From assembly GCA_964016885.1 (NCBI GenBank), contig OZ024741.1, positions 97,898,001 through 97,962,000 of the forward strand: 64,000 nucleotides of DNA, given 5' to 3'. Numbering within the stretch: position 1 is the stretch's first letter; each line of letters begins with the position of its first letter. This document shows, piece by piece, positions 29,164 through 44,817 of this stretch. The notes beneath the pieces were generated by a model. That model ran no database searches. It was given only the letters and a program-made list of their open reading frames with translations, and was not told where the DNA came from. The position numbers and the translations under genes are program-made. This stretch comes from Eledone cirrhosa (Eukaryota).

Positions 29164-29165
<2 letters not shown>
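28930..29165 (-). mobile_element. Solo PLE-type terminal fragment between (TA)n tracts, with hammerhead motif (28974-29046)
   Basis: Reverse complement tattttat-CTGATGA-aagcgcacca...tggtgtcctt-GAAA-tatgta-TA-atgaaata. It has the same 3' end (...AATAT(AT)CGTA(TA)n) as 19155 and 62340. Confidence 0.75.
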
Positions 29166-29245
<80 letters not shown>

Positions 29246-30213
29246 CTGTTTTTCGGTGTTCCCTGCCTCATTCACCAAAGAATTTAGATTGGGTAAAAGC
29301 ATACACTTAACCAACATGAGTTGTATTAATAATATTTATGAAGATGCCTTGTTCTTTGCATAACATATGAAATATATCAGATGTAAAAGATGAAATAGAT
29401 TGTTTTCCTTAGTATACGTATGTGAGAGTGTATGCACGTGTGAGTGTATGTGAGTGTTTTTGTGATAATTTTATTTTCATTTGGATTCAAACAATAGTAA
29501 GCAACGCAATGCCGTCACATTTTCTATATGTTTGTGTCTGTGAGTATGTGTGTCTTTGCGCGCTCGTTGTGTACGTTATTAAATACATACACTATCTACA
29601 CATGCATATGCATATACATATATGGTGACTGACAACAAATTGCGGTGAAAAGCTATGCGTGTGTTTTTGACACACACACATCTACACATACATATACATA
29701 TGTGACGACTGACAAAAAAAATGAAGTGAAAATCTATGGGTGTATCTACGTTAATGTACGTTTGCGTGTCTCTGCCTTAGTATATGTATGTGACCGTGCA
29801 TTTGTGTGAGTGTGCAGTAGCAATTTATTCATTTGGACACCAACAAACAAATTACACGATGAACATTTTTACTCTAATTTGCTTAATTTTTATTTATAAA
29901 TTCTATTATCATTACAAGTTTGATTTTTTTAAATTTAAAATATAGATATTTTCAAAAGTATCTTCATATTTATTGTTTACTAATCTGAATAAGAACAGCG
30001 GCAAACTCGGAAACGCCGGGTAATTCAGCTAGTATATATATATAGAGAGAGAAACACACTACATTATAGAAGCAAAGCTAATTGCATTTTGCTTTTAAAA
30101 GGTAATTTCAATTAATGAAAGTCATATCGGCTGGATTAAATTCTATTTTATTCCAATTTATAACAAAGCATATGTTTTGCATACACACAGGCTTATATAG
30201 CAGACATGTAAAG

Positions 30214-30272
<59 letters not shown>

Positions 30273-30430
30273 GGCAGAGAGAGAGAGATTTATGTATATA
30301 TATATACACACACACCCATATATATATGTATGTGTGTGTATGTGTGGGTGTGGGTGGGTGTAGGTGTGGGTGTGGGTGTATATACAAGCATATATATATA
30401 TATACACATATCTATATCTATATCTATCTA

Positions 30431-30471
<41 letters not shown>

Positions 30472-30597
30472 GCATATAGACGTAAACACTATACGTTTAC
30501 ATTAAAACTTATAATCATACATGCAGATGAAGACATATATATACAAACACATAGACCGATTCAAAAACAGTAACGCGAGGAAAAGTACACTCACGCG

Positions 30598-30664
<67 letters not shown>

Positions 30665-31949
30665 TTGTGTGTGTGTGTTTGTGTATGTGCGTGTGTGAGT
30701 GTGTGCGTCAGTGTGTATGTCTCCGTGTGTGTTATGTATATGCATATGTGTGTGAGTTTGTTTGTTCGTATGTGTGTGTGCGTGTGTGTGTGTGTGCCTC
30801 TATTTTAATTTGTGGATGTATATAATCCGTCAAAACAAAAGTTTTGGAAAACAAATTTATTGCATAGCTTAGAACGACGCCAAGAAAATTATTAAATTTG
30901 GCTTTCATTTTTCTTTCAGACGTTTCCTCTCTGAATTATAAAAGAAATTCGAAGACATTAAAGAAAGAATGAATGGAAAACAAGGAAAATAGCAGCAATA
31001 AACAAGAAAAGAGAAAGAAACCGAACTCCAAACACATTTGCAATTTATAAACAATGTCTGCGACAATAAATCCACTATTAGAGACTAACTGGGATTTTGA
31101 TTGCGAAAACACACTTGTGAAAGTACTTAATGTCAGAATTGTTCTGAAATTGAATTAAAATTAATTTTCTTCTACGAGGTTATACTTAAAGAGATTTCAA
31201 ACCCCTTGGGCTGAGGTGGAATCAAAATAAGGTATTGAAATACGTTTAATTAAATTCCTATCGATTGCCATTGAACTTGTATAAAACAAAATATGAAACA
31301 ATGGCATCATAATATAAGTATAAATAAATGTATAAAACATACAAAATAAAGTGTTATGTGCAATTAATAACGGCGTATAATACCCGGCTCATGTTATAGT
31401 ACTTGTTGTTTAGTCTAAGGTCAACCTCGTCAAGCCGACATATGATTAAATGTATTTCATGTGTGACCATCAACCAATATCTAATTAGATGTATTTCTAG
31501 CATTGGACTACATTTTATGCCGTGAGAAAGATGACTTCATCAGTGACAAATGAAATGTCAGCGAGTTGACATTTTATTCTGCATTCCGTTTAATTGTTTT
31601 CTTCTTACGCTTGTTTGTGAAGAGATATTGGTATTGTGCTAGAGGAGGGAGTCCTTCCGTTTCTGTTATAGTCAGCCGCTTCTGTGCCATGTTTGATTTC
31701 CATTTTATATGACTTCATTTTCGTGAGCATTCAAGGGCATTGGCGATAAGGGCTCAATTTCTCAATTAATATTTTCCATAATTCAGTTTGCATGCATGTT
31801 GTCTCTTTAACTATTTTTGTTGTACTGTTATCTAAAATTACTTCTACGATGCCGCCTTATAATTCTTTACAAACCACCGGATTACTTCCCTTAGATTTCA
31901 CACACATTTCACAGCTAACGAGACATCTTCCACCTCTCTGTCAGGATAC

Positions 31950-33300
31950 ATACAACCTGTCCACGCCAGATCGTTCACTCACTTCTCTTTCATTCAGCTT
32001 GTTTCCAGGACGCTGAAGTACTTATACACTTTGTATTTAATTCATTCATAAATTGTCCGTCTGGTAATACAGTGTCTCATTTTACAATCTTTTAGGATCG
32101 CCTTATCAATGAACAATTGAACCTTAACCACCATGCTTCTTCTCGTACACCACAGTGTCTGCATAAGGTATTCATTGCCTCAGGTATGACGCTTGTCGTA
32201 AGTTTCCACATAAGGAGAAGACAGCAGAAAGGTCTAAATTTGTCAACTGCATTAACTTTCATGAGGTCCTTCCAAAACAATATCGTTCTCCTAAACATTA
32301 CCCATTCTGGTAAACACCCTTCTCTATTCAAGATGTTATTCAGTCGTCCAGCAATTCTCCCGCGATGGGCCCTCAGCTTTTTCAACCAGCACATTTGTAA
32401 GCCGTCTCTGCATGGAGCTTTCTAATTTGGCATCTTTCTACACTGGATGGTTACCATGTCAGTTGTTAGCTCCCATACTCCGTTGATAGTCTCCAAATCT
32501 TTATTTATGTCAGTTAGCCACTCTAAACTTCTGTTGTTCTCTTTTCCAGCACTCCAGTTATTGCTCCAAATCTTGTTAATTTCATCCGCATCAGCGATTA
32601 AAACATCATTCCTAATCATACCATTTATCTCCTGATGGAATCTCTTCTGATTTTGTTTGGAAACACTCATTCTGTTGATATAACGTGCTCCGTTGTTAGT
32701 ACTCCTTAATCTTTACAGCTTTGGCAAGTACCTTTTTGCTCCATCTCTTAAATTACCGTAATCTTTTTTCTCCTGATATTGTACATCGCTGTAGGTTTTT
32801 ATCCTTTCCTCTTTTTTTCTTTCTTAATTCACCTCCATTTTTACTTCACAGAATATTAATAAGCATCCTGATGTCCCTTTCAATTCTTCTTTTTTACCAT
32901 GGTTCCTTGACCTGCTTTTATGTAGTCTGTTTTAGACCTAATCTTTTAGCATGGTTCCTTAATCTGATTTTGTGTAGTGTTTTTTAGACCTAACCTTTTA
33001 GCATGGTTCCTTGATATGTCTTTTGTGTAGTCTGTTTTAGACCTAACATTTTAGCAGCGCTGATCAGATTGTTGGTTTCTGTAATGAAACTAGTTAGCAA
33101 CTTCTCAATGAGGTCTTTATTTTCTTAGTTATTTCTTTTAGCTGACGTTGTGTTTCTTCTTTAAATTTTTGTTGGAATACTGACTCCTGACTGAGAGATC
33201 TCCAATATATCCGAAAATATCCGTCTCTAGTTTTCTTATACGTCCTTCAGTTCAGTGATGTTAATATAAATCCCCCATCATCTCCATTATTCAGTTCCGT
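31950..33300 (-). mobile_element. Decayed R4/Dong-like non-LTR retrotransposon, N-terminal RT region
   Basis: [59 protein letters not shown]...[18 protein letters not shown] resemble the R4-type KMPNWKAPGPDG..WLK / LPEWMT.GRT.L..KD / NYRPI.CLP.MWKL motifs. Confidence 0.8.
32898..33056. repeat. ~52-bp tandem triplication inside the R4-like relic
   Basis: CATGGTTCCTT...TGTAGT...TTTTAGACCTAA..TTTTAG occurs three times. Confidence 0.85.
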
Positions 33301-33390
33301 CACTTCCTGTAAGATTCCATCATTTCCCACACTCTTATCTCTATTTGAGTCCATCATCCTGAGTTTTTATATCCTCAACACCCTCAATAA

Positions 33391-34220
33391 TCGACAATTG
33401 TTTCAGCGTTATTAACCCTTGTCAAGTTTGTGTGTCTCTCCCCATTTCTTATACACACTAGAACACTAATATTCTCTAAAACCTTCTAGTGTGTAGCAGA
33501 AAAAATACACAATCTTGATAGTTGGAAATAACCCTAAAACAATTGTCGACAGTTTCTCTCTGTTAACGCTAGAACAAAACGATGACGATAGTCGTTTGAA
33601 ACACAGCCTTATTAGGCTGTTTGCTTGCAAACAAATCGAATATTAATAATTGTTTCTACTGTTGGCACAAGGCCAGCAATTACCCAGTGCATTACTGGTA
33701 CTTTATGTTATCGACCCCGTAAGGATGAAAGGCAAAGTTAACCTCGGCGTGTTTTGAACTCAGAATGGCAAGGGCCGTAAGTCTATACCTCAAAGCAAGG
33801 TGTCCGACCCTCTACCGATACTGCCAATCCACCGTCCATTCGAATATTAATTAATATTAATCCAAATCGAATATTAATAATGTTATAAATCTAATGAATG
33901 CATTAACGCAGCCGCTATGTTAGAGCTAAAACAAATATTATTTTTAATTTTCGGTAAAACAGCCGTAAAATCGCTTGGTATGCAAATTAGGTTAATCAGC
34001 CGATGAATACCTTAAATAATACTATATATTCTCAAGAGTTCTAGTGTGTGACAGAAAGGGGAGAGATACACAATCATGACAAGTGACAATAGCCCCGAAA
34101 ATATTGTCGATTGTTTCTCTCAGCAACCGTCAGTACAATTGGATGAAGATAGTCCTCTGAAACGCATAATGTTATGAGGATGTTTGCTTGCAAACGAACC
34201 AAATATTAATAATGTTATTA
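33391..34220. repeat. Old fold-back (33391-33463 / 33484-33549) plus tandem unit (33484-33650 similar to 34039-34215) with decayed hammerhead-like motifs, interrupted by a SINE
   Basis: TCGACAATTGTTT...ACACACTAGAA is inverted as TTCTAGTGTGT...AAACAATTGTCGA. The second unit has acaatc-ATGACAA...GAAA-atattg-TC-gattgt. Confidence 0.65.
33645..33837 (-). mobile_element. tRNA-derived SINE with probable target-site duplication
   Basis: Matches the SINE family. CAAATCGAATATTAATAAT flanks it at 33632-33650 and 33863-33881. Confidence 0.88.
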
Positions 34221-35113
34221 TAATATTATTATTATATGATATAAAACCAACGAATGAATTTACGTATCCGCTATGCTAGAGCGAAAGAAAATGTTGTTTA
34301 TATATATATACATACATACATACATATATACATACATACACATTTTGTCTAGATATATGTATACATATAAACTTGTGTCTGCGTGTATATACATTTACCA
34401 AAATGTCCCGTATGTGTCTGTCTGTTCACATATGCCTGTATCCGTGTATAAATTAGAAAATATATACATATTAGACACCGAATCGATATATCTTATCTAA
34501 TTGAGATTGTACATATATTTTTGATTTTTATTGAATCATTGCTCTTGTTGTTGCAAAAATCAATGAATTATACTGATTGTTAGGTTATCAGCTAGTTATC
34601 TTAGCACTTGCCAAATAATTATGTCTTAAGAACAAAGTATTTACATTAATCATCTATCTGCACCTGAAATAATTCGTAATTTAAATTAATTAGTAATGAT
34701 TCCAGTAAATGTATACGATTCATTAAACAACTCATGGAAAGGGAATCAAGGACAATAAAAGCTTTCCCGAATATGCTAATATTCAAAATCTTCATACTGC
34801 ACACAAAAAAAAAAAATAGGATATATAATTTGTCTGAAACACCGAGTAACAAATGCTAAAGGTAGACAATAATAAAGATATACGCATAATCATATATGAA
34901 GGACATGGTGTCTGTGAGAAGCCATCATATTGAAGTATCAACAGAAAAATAATTGAATATCTATGCATGGGTTGATGACGATGATGATGGCCATAGCCGT
35001 GTGATGGATGATGAGGATGATGATGTTGATGATGATGAGCATGGCCATGATGACAATGTTGATTATGACGTGTCAACTGCTTCTTCTTGTTGATTTCATA
35101 ATCATCGTCGTCA

Positions 35114-35202
35114 TCTTCTTCTTCTTCTTCTTTCTTCTTCTTCTTCTTCTTCTTCTTCTTCTTCTTCTTCTTCTTCTTCTTCTTCTTCTTCTTCTTCTTC
35201 TT

Positions 35203-35232
<30 letters not shown>
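35114..35232. repeat. (CTT)n microsatellite preceded by degenerate (GAT)n
   Basis: Direct reading. Confidence 0.95.
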
Positions 35233-35233
<1 letters not shown>

Positions 35234-36640
35234 TTTCGTTATATGGAATGTGTATAATTTGAGTTGTGTTTTTATTTTGCTTCAAATTAACATTCATCCT
35301 TTAAATGATGTGAAAGACATACCAGCTATGACCACCCATTCCATTTAGCGGTACAAGATTTTAGAAATGTTGTCCTACCATTCTTAATGGTGTAACGCCT
35401 GATTTGGAAGCGATTATGGATGTTATTGTAGCAAGTATTGCAAGCTCAATCGGGTGACAACGTGTACTATATAGGTAATGTTTATTTCATTGCATCGTGT
35501 ATGCGTGATGTGGGTTGCGTAATAGCATCGGGCCTCGATTCCGTAGCATATATGATGTGACAGTTATACAAAATTTGTATTACGTGAGGAATTGATCTAC
35601 TGAATTGGAAGAAAAAATATTGTTTTAGAGTGACTACCCCAACAAGAAACAGCGGACCGTATATATTGAAGTAAGTGTTAGATACAGTTTCAAACAAGGG
35701 CACTTGAAAAAAAGTGAAGATATGTGCTGAAATACAAAGAGAATGGGAGTATTGTATTTACATCAAACTGCCATATTTACGGGCTTACATCAACCAGTCA
35801 TCCATAATCGATAACCGTATCAGATGCCCTACCAGAATAACTTGGTTAGAAGGGCTGAGAGAATCCAACAATCTAAATGTGTAAAAAGGACAGATGTGCA
35901 TAGCATAGTGCCAATGCTTATTAGTAATATTACACATGAATGTATGAATTCACTAGTTTGGAAACGGAAGGGCTACAATCTGAGTCATTTAGTTACGAAT
36001 CCATAGTATTTGTTACCGAAATTGTTCACAAAAATCCCTCATCGATTAACTCTAAGTCTCTGCCCCTCTAGGTAGCGTACAGCGAGCTGAAACATACTTC
36101 CGATTTAACAATAATCTGGCGGCCAGTTATTGTGAATTGTGAGGTATCGGGACTTATATATTAAAATCTTTAATATAATTAAGTATCAAAATCATGCGAT
36201 CACAGAGAATATTGGTTGAATGTGCAATATGTAAGGTGAACATGTTCTTACATGGAGATAGGAGCAGAGTGGAAATAAATTAGGAGTAAACCTAAATTAT
36301 TCTAATCACTTGTAATAATAACCAGGTAGTGCAGCATTATTAGATCATTCCTTTCTCTAACTTGTATAATTATAGAATATAAATGTTCTACTTTAAACAC
36401 ATATCAATATTTGTGTGGGCATGTCTGTGTGTGTTTTACACAATTTTCTATATACTTGTCAAAATTACTACTGTAGAAGTTTTAATATATTATTATCTAA
36501 AGCATATAGTATTAAAATTAGTAACATGAGAAAACTGAATTAATTAGGTACACATGCGCACAAACACATACGCAGACTCTTATATGTTGGTATATATTAA
36601 GTAATTATGTATATATACACACATATATATATATATACGC

Positions 36641-36713
<73 letters not shown>

Positions 36714-36951
36714 TTTACTACATATGGTTGTGTGTATGATTTTGATTTACTTGTATTTAATAAATACATAGCAGCTGTCACTTTATGGCTTCTGAATCGA
36801 AATCAGCTGCTATTTACGTGTCTTACGTGTCTATGTTAATTTTTTTATATTCCTTCTTGCACTAATTAGTGTGTGTGAGGCCATTATTCCACTTTAATTG
36901 TTGTACTTTACGTTTAGCGTTGTTGCAAATTTTAACATTATTATTATTATT

Positions 36952-37135
36952 TGGCAGATTGATAGACTCGTTGGTGAGTCAGACAAATGCTGTGCGATAT
37001 TTGTTCCTACTTTTACATTATAAGATCCAATTTCAATGAAATTATCCTTACTCTTTCATCCTTTTACCTTTGATATTCCCGTCAAGTTTCCTCTATCAAA
37101 TTGCTGAAGTTTTGCCTAAATTAGAAACCGACATT
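36952..37135 (+). mobile_element. Highly diverged SINE copy
   Basis: TTGGCAGA...CTTTCATCCTTT...TTTGCCTAAATTAGAAAC follows the family layout. Confidence 0.5.
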
Positions 37136-38221
37136 ATTGTTATTACAGCATTATATATTTTCCTTATTCATGATTTTTTCGGTACAACGAGAGTTACAAT
37201 TCTCGGGGCTAAATCTTGGACCATATTTCTAGAAGGATGCAAAATTCAGATATGCCATGTGGCCAATGCTGTAACAATGATCACATATCCAGGAAATCCC
37301 GTTTATGAGACATGTCCATGTCTATATTCCTTATAAGTAAGTTGTAAATGTTATTACATAAATAGTTGTCTATTGCTCTTATTGTACCAATCACAAAATT
37401 AGATATACTCTGTAGCTATAACAGATTCGCAATGTCAGGAATGTTTCTGTGAAAAAGTAGTGAGCAGTCATTTTCTTCTAGTTTTACTTGTTGCGGAACA
37501 GACCTCTACAATTCTCCGTGAGGGAGACGCAGACGTTAGGATGAGACTTATTATATATGTAATGTTTTTCAATAGATATCATGTATTACAATCTAATGTA
37601 TTAACCTCCGTTACGCGTTACAGAAATACCGTAGAATCTTACATTATAGCAAACTATAAGAAAAACCACCATTTGGGTGGTTTTCTACTAGCATGTGTAG
37701 TGTGTATATTGATATTATACGCAGGTATATATACATGTAGATATGATACATCAAATAAAATCGTAATTGACCATATATAATACATAGAAATTGAACGAAG
37801 ACTGCGTTACACTGTCTTATTTAATCAGTAACGTAATCTGTAACGTAATCTAGGATACATTAAAAAAGACGATATTATATATATAAACTGCATTAGGAGA
37901 AAATTAGTCACAAAAAATGAGTATGTTTATTTAAGCGATGGCCAACCGTAAGTGTTGACATTTCAGAAATTTTAAAGAAGTGAATCTTTAAATATACAAA
38001 ATATATTTAATCAACAGCCACGAAATTTAGTAGATAAATTATGTAATATTCATTCATTATTTATTCAAAGTAATCCAACTTATTTTACTAAAGGGATAAA
38101 AAATGATAAACCGTACACAATCCCGCGCTCCTTACGTTATTTTAGTTTAGATTCTATAAACAGGTTGATGCTACATTTATTGTTCTTGAGATGAGTACTT
38201 TTCTTACTGACAAAATATATA

Positions 38222-38415
38222 ATGGTTTCTGATTTAGACACAAGACCAATGATTAGGCGGGGTCGGTTAAATCGATCCCAGTGCGTAAATTGTACGTTAT
38301 TTTATTTACCCCGTAAGGATGAAAAGCAAAGCCAACTTTGACGGGATTATGACTCTGAAGGTAAAGAGTCGGGACGCTATGACGGAAAGCATGCTGACCG
38401 ACATATGCTGCCAAT
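38222..38415 (-). mobile_element. Diverged SINE copy
   Basis: TTATTTTATTTACCCCGTAAGGATGAAAAGCAAAG core plus TGGTTTCT...CACAAGACCA tail. Confidence 0.65.
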
Positions 38416-38673
38416 ATTCGTTCTTGTGCGGACGCCTTTCATAACCATAGATATGTTCTCATCGACGCTGAAAGAGTTGTGGAATCCGGAATTTTCAATT
38501 ATCTGCTTCACTAGTTAATATGTCTTCATTCTTGATAGCTTCTTGCATCTCCCAGTTTCCCAGTCCAAAGGTCATACTGATAATCTTGCGAAAATGTTTG
38601 AAAATGCTGATGAGATATCAGTTCGCAACATACAATTTTAAGTATTCTCACTTAATAATATCACACACACGCA

Positions 38674-38750
<77 letters not shown>

Positions 38751-39000
38751 ACACAAACACACACTCATATACACACACACACGTGTGTATATGAGTGTGT
38801 GTTTGTGCTATATATATATACTGTATATATACATTTTTTTTCACTTAATTATTTTGTAGAATTAAAAGATATATCGACGTTACAATATATGGCATATCTT
38901 CCTTCCTCCTTCGTTGAAATTAAATTGTCTACATACGCCCACGTGTTTTTGTAGCGCTTTTCTAATACGTTTTTCTATGCTTGAATGAGGTTTGATTTAA

Positions 39001-39151
39001 ACTACTACTACTACTACTACTACTACTACTGCTTCTTCTTCTTCTTCTTCTTCTTCTTCTTCTTCTTCTTCTTCTTCTTCTTCTTCTTCTTCTTCTTCTT
39101 CTTCTTCTTCTTCTTCTTCTTCTTCTTCTTCTTCTTCTTCTTCTTCTTCTT

Positions 39152-39181
<30 letters not shown>
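39001..39181. repeat. (ACT)n(CTT)n compound microsatellite
   Basis: Direct reading. Confidence 0.97.
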
Positions 39182-39182
<1 letters not shown>

Positions 39183-41027
39183 AAATAGATGACCATATAA
39201 CAAGAACAACAACAGTAATAATAATAAATGCAACAATACACTCATGTCCATCGTATTGTTTGTTTTGCTTTTGTGTTGTATCTGTGGGATTATGCTAGCT
39301 TCATTCATTATCAATATTATCGTTGCCCATATTTTGTGTTTTGTAATTACCATGGCTTAGATAAGTTATATTTTAATGATGTTCATGTTAGTTTTGATAT
39401 TTCGTTTTTTATTTTAGTTATCTTACTTGCCGATATTGCTTCTATTCTAGCACCAGAAGCTGGCCATATTTTCATGTATTTCATTCCTTTTTTTTATATT
39501 TTAATTTATATTTCTTTTCCCCTTACCTAAATCTTCCAAGTAAACTGGCTCCACTATGTCTACCATTTTAAATTGACACTAACATAACCAAAATGTTGCA
39601 CGAATTACGTCTAGAAAATATCATGTTTGTGTTTGTGAAGCTAATAATGCGATTAAGCAACATCCTCAGGACAATATTCTGTTTATATGCACGTTAATCA
39701 TTCCATGATGTTTTAGCCATTTTAAACATCAATTTTTCACTTCCGTTTAATGATTTTTTTTTCTAATGTGTAATATATTAAGTGTAATAGTTTCAAATCT
39801 ATAAAAGTGAAAGTTAAACAAACATGCCCACATAAAACTGACATAGGAAGTAATGATGCCAGTGTAAGCAGTATTTTATGTGATGTGTTCATGAAATTAA
39901 ATTGGCAGAGACTGAGATAATAATATTGATAGTTGGGATGTTAATTGCTTACATTGCAGATAATAATTGTTATGGCAGTAACGTGGAATTTTATTATTTG
40001 ACCGAGAATGATGATTTAGTTGTAATTATTCTGGGTAACAGGTAGGCACATATTTGCACAGAAACTTTAATCATCTTGATGGAAGCCTAATCCAGTTTTT
40101 ATTACCATTCAAACCAATATTAAAAATGTTTGGAATTAAGTTTATTCCAGAAATCATGAATTTCATAGACATATTATAATCGCAGAATTTGTCCCGCACT
40201 ATGCTTTTAAATTCCGCTGAGATCAGCTTTGCCTAACCTATCTTTGGAGTTTATAAATATAACTATGCAAATGCATCTATATAATTAATATGTTCTCAAT
40301 CTGCATAGTTGTTGTTTTGTACCCATGTAATCATAAAAAGGATAATTACTATGAGGTTAGTAACTAGAAGCATCAAGTAATATTTCGACACTTCAACATG
40401 CCAAAAAAGAGGTGCAATGGGTATTTAACACCTTATTTTTCAAGAATTTTGACACATTAATTTAAGGCGTACTTCATCAAACTAACAAAATCAAACCAAA
40501 TTGAAAAATATAATCCCCGAATATAAGACAAAAAAACTATCAAGGTACAACTATCTGGCAATATATATAAGTTTGAAAATAAAAGTATTCCTTGGAATAA
40601 GTGGATCATGAGATGTGATTCAGAAGAATATGAACGCAAAAACAAGATGACTTATACACGGTATTAAATAAATAAATAAATGCATACGTAAAGAAATAAA
40701 TAAAGTGCTGCTAAACACAGGTAATATCATAATCAACACACGTTCATATCACTGATAGCACAACACTTATATTGTAATTATTGCCCCTCTCTTGCAACCA
40801 ATACAGTACAAGTTAGCTACCTAATATATGAATAAAACCTGAATAGCAAATTCTTTTAACAATCACCACAATCACCACCAAATACAGCAAAATAGATAAC
40901 GAAAGCGTCTCTATGCGTTCATTTGAACTCTAAAAAACTAGTCAAATACCGTTCAAATCACAGGGTATTACTATATATAAATCATTCTTTACAGACAATC
41001 TCCACCCCCTTACTCTCTCTCCCTCTC

Positions 41028-41082
<55 letters not shown>

Positions 41083-41554
41083 ATATATATATATTTAATG
41101 AAAATAGGTTTTGAGAAGTGCCATGACTGATTTTTGTTTATTTAAAAGGTTTGTTGTATCATGTGGCGAGTACTTTGAAGATTATTTATATATGTTTGTT
41201 TACTTTTACCGATTTAAGCTGTCTTTAAAGTCTTTTCAAAAAGATTATTTCTGTTACACATTTTCTAGAAAATGTCTTTCGTGTGTCTTAGACTTTTCCA
41301 CTTTTTTCAACTGGGAAATTCGAGATGGAATCACAAAATATTTCAAGGACTGCATTTCTGCATTTTGGGGGGGTTGATATTCCTTTTCGTTGCTAATTAG
41401 TAATTCATCCTTATCTTCTTTTTTGAAAAGTTGTTCCGCTACTCTGAGTTTTCTGCAGAACTACTCCGAAATGTCATATTTAATTTTTTTATATTTGGTT
41501 CCTGTGGAGTGGATGTGAATTTTACTCCCATAACGTCTTTATATATATATAAAC

Positions 41555-42900
41555 AACAAGATCAGTCTCTATAGATGTGTGTGCTGGTCATGTGTGGATC
41601 GAGCCGTCGGTTAATTTCTACATCGCTCAACGCTACTTGAGAGATTCAATCAGCTAAATTTGCAGCATACTCAACATGGGGGTGTTTTTGGTACGAACAC
41701 CAAGCTTCTCAATCTGGTAGAAGTCACCTGTTTCAATGCCATGCTGTTAATGATGGAGCTGTGCTGCGTAAGGCATATTTCCCGGATGGTCAATCATCAT
41801 CTATCAAGGATTGTTCTGTGTGACAAATAGATCATTGGCCACCGCAACAGAGCGACAGCAACAAAAGGAACAAGTATTCCTTGAAGTAATCCCTTAAAGT
41901 CAGTCATATATTTTTATATGTGTAAGGGATTACTTCAAGGAATGCTTGTTTCTTTTTTGCTGTCGCTCTGTTGCGGTGGTCAATGATCTATTTGTCACAC
42001 AGAACAATCTTTGATAGATGATGATTTACCATCCGGGAAATATGCCCTACGCAGCACAGCTGCATCATTAACAGCATGACATTGAAACAGATGACTTCTA
42101 CCAGTTTGAGAAGCTTGGTGTTCGTCCCAAAAATACCCCGATGTTGTGTATGGTGCAAATTTAGCTCAGATTGAATCTCTCAAGTAGCGTTGAGCGATGT
42201 AGAATTTAACCCACGGCTCGATCCACACATGACCAGCACATAAATCTATACAAACTGATCTTGTTTTGTTTTTTTCGTATTTTCGCAGTTGTCCTTTGTA
42301 TTTCATATAGCATAACGAAAACGCTGTTTGTTTTGTCAGTCTGCTATCAACCTCCGTTTCAACCGCAGTGTTTGATAAAATGGTACACAAAGGAAACTGA
42401 ACTTGTACGCTAGCTTGAAATCCTTTTCTTTAATGTTGAATTAGAATAATTGTATTCCTAACGAGATGCTGGCTGACAGAGAAACGTCGTCCATTAGAAA
42501 CCTATCGGTAATCTCTGTAAAACAAGATATAATATGATGCAAGTCTGATCCTGTCTGGACAACAAGAGAACCTCCAATGTTAAGGAGTTTGAGCGCAGTC
42601 ACCTCATAGTAAACAGTCTGCCATAACAGTTGTATCTGACGTAAGACCGTCATCCACATCATGTCCATATGATGTCATCCTCAGTAAAATGCTGACGTCC
42701 TGTGTGCATGAAACCTATCCATGATCTATGCCGTTATAATGGTAAGGGAATTTGGAGCAATCATAATGAGAGACTATTGTGTCGTATACTTTGGTAACAC
42801 ATAGACACTTCTGTGCAATCAGCTATCTGAGTAGAAGCCCATTTTAATGAGACCTCTTTTATTTTTGGATTAACTTTGGCTCACAGTAAATTGATTTCGG
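41555..42900 (-). mobile_element. Decayed RTE/BovB-like LINE 3' region whose last ~340 bp is duplicated in inverted orientation (41555-41896 / 41923-42265)
   Basis: EVTCFNAMLLMMELCCVRHISRMVNHHLSRIVL..IGHRNR resembles the RTE EVTSIEAMLL..QLRWAGHVSRM..HRLPKIVLYG.L..GHR motif, with EVDSRL upstream. The inverted arms are read directly. Confidence 0.75.
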
Positions 42901-43010
42901 CAATGGTCGTTGCTTGACTCTAAAATATTACGTTTGCAATGTAGTGCATTGTAATTTTCTAGCAATAGGAGCAGCGAGATATGTCTTTTGTGTTCTTGTA
43001 CAGTGGGTTA

Positions 43011-43086
<76 letters not shown>

Positions 43087-43145
43087 GTGTTTGTATGTAT
43101 GTGTGTGTCTGCATATATATATATATATAAAGAAGAAAATTTCGC

Positions 43146-43925
<780 letters not shown>

Positions 43926-44492
43926 CTACCTGGAGTTGCGACCGATAGATAGTATTAGCAATTGGAAAGACCAACGGAAACATTGTTCCCTCGGTCCGAT
44001 TTGACGAAAGTCGATCGTTCCTTAATATATATATATATATATATATTAATTAATATGTAAGTGATGAAACACAGATACCAACACATCTGTATATCTATTG
44101 CAAAAGAAAAATTTAGCCAGATTGAAGTATATTAATTATTATACTACAGTTTGTCCATATCGATTTAAAATAATAAGTCAACGGAGACGAACTGTATTGC
44201 CAAAAGGCCGTGATGTTTAGACACATTTAAATTTCAAAATCAAACCTGTTCCGTAGATAAGTTTAGACTTTAAGATCCAAATATGTTTCGAGTTAAATAA
44301 GTGTAGGAATATCATGTCCCGCTCTCCTCAGTAAACATCCAGGGACAAATTGATATGCTTCACTTCTAAATAATTTAAAAGACTGCGTGCCGCACATGGC
44401 TTTACAGTATCTAACTAGTCTCATAACCGTACTGCTAGAAATAACAGTCGTATATATGAGACGGTTTGCAGCTCAAACTAGGAGCAGTTAAA

Positions 44493-44552
44493 ATTAATAA
44501 GGTAATGAATTCTTTTACAATGGAATCAGCTCGAATTCATTACCTTATTAAT
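44493..44552. repeat. Perfect 20-bp inverted repeat with 20-nt spacer abutting (TA)n
   Basis: ATTAATAAGGTAATGAATTC ... GAATTCATTACCTTATTAAT(ATAT). Confidence 0.9.
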
Positions 44553-44656
44553 ATATATATATATATATATATAAACATTCATAGAATATAGACACACACA
44601 CACACATAAACATATATATTATACATAAGTGTATCTATTCGTGTGTCTGTGTGTGG

Positions 44657-44699
<43 letters not shown>

Positions 44700-44778
44700 A
44701 TTCATAGAATATAGACACACACACACATAAACATTTATATTATACATAAGTGTATCTATTCGTGTGTCTGTGTGTGCG

Positions 44779-44817
<39 letters not shown>

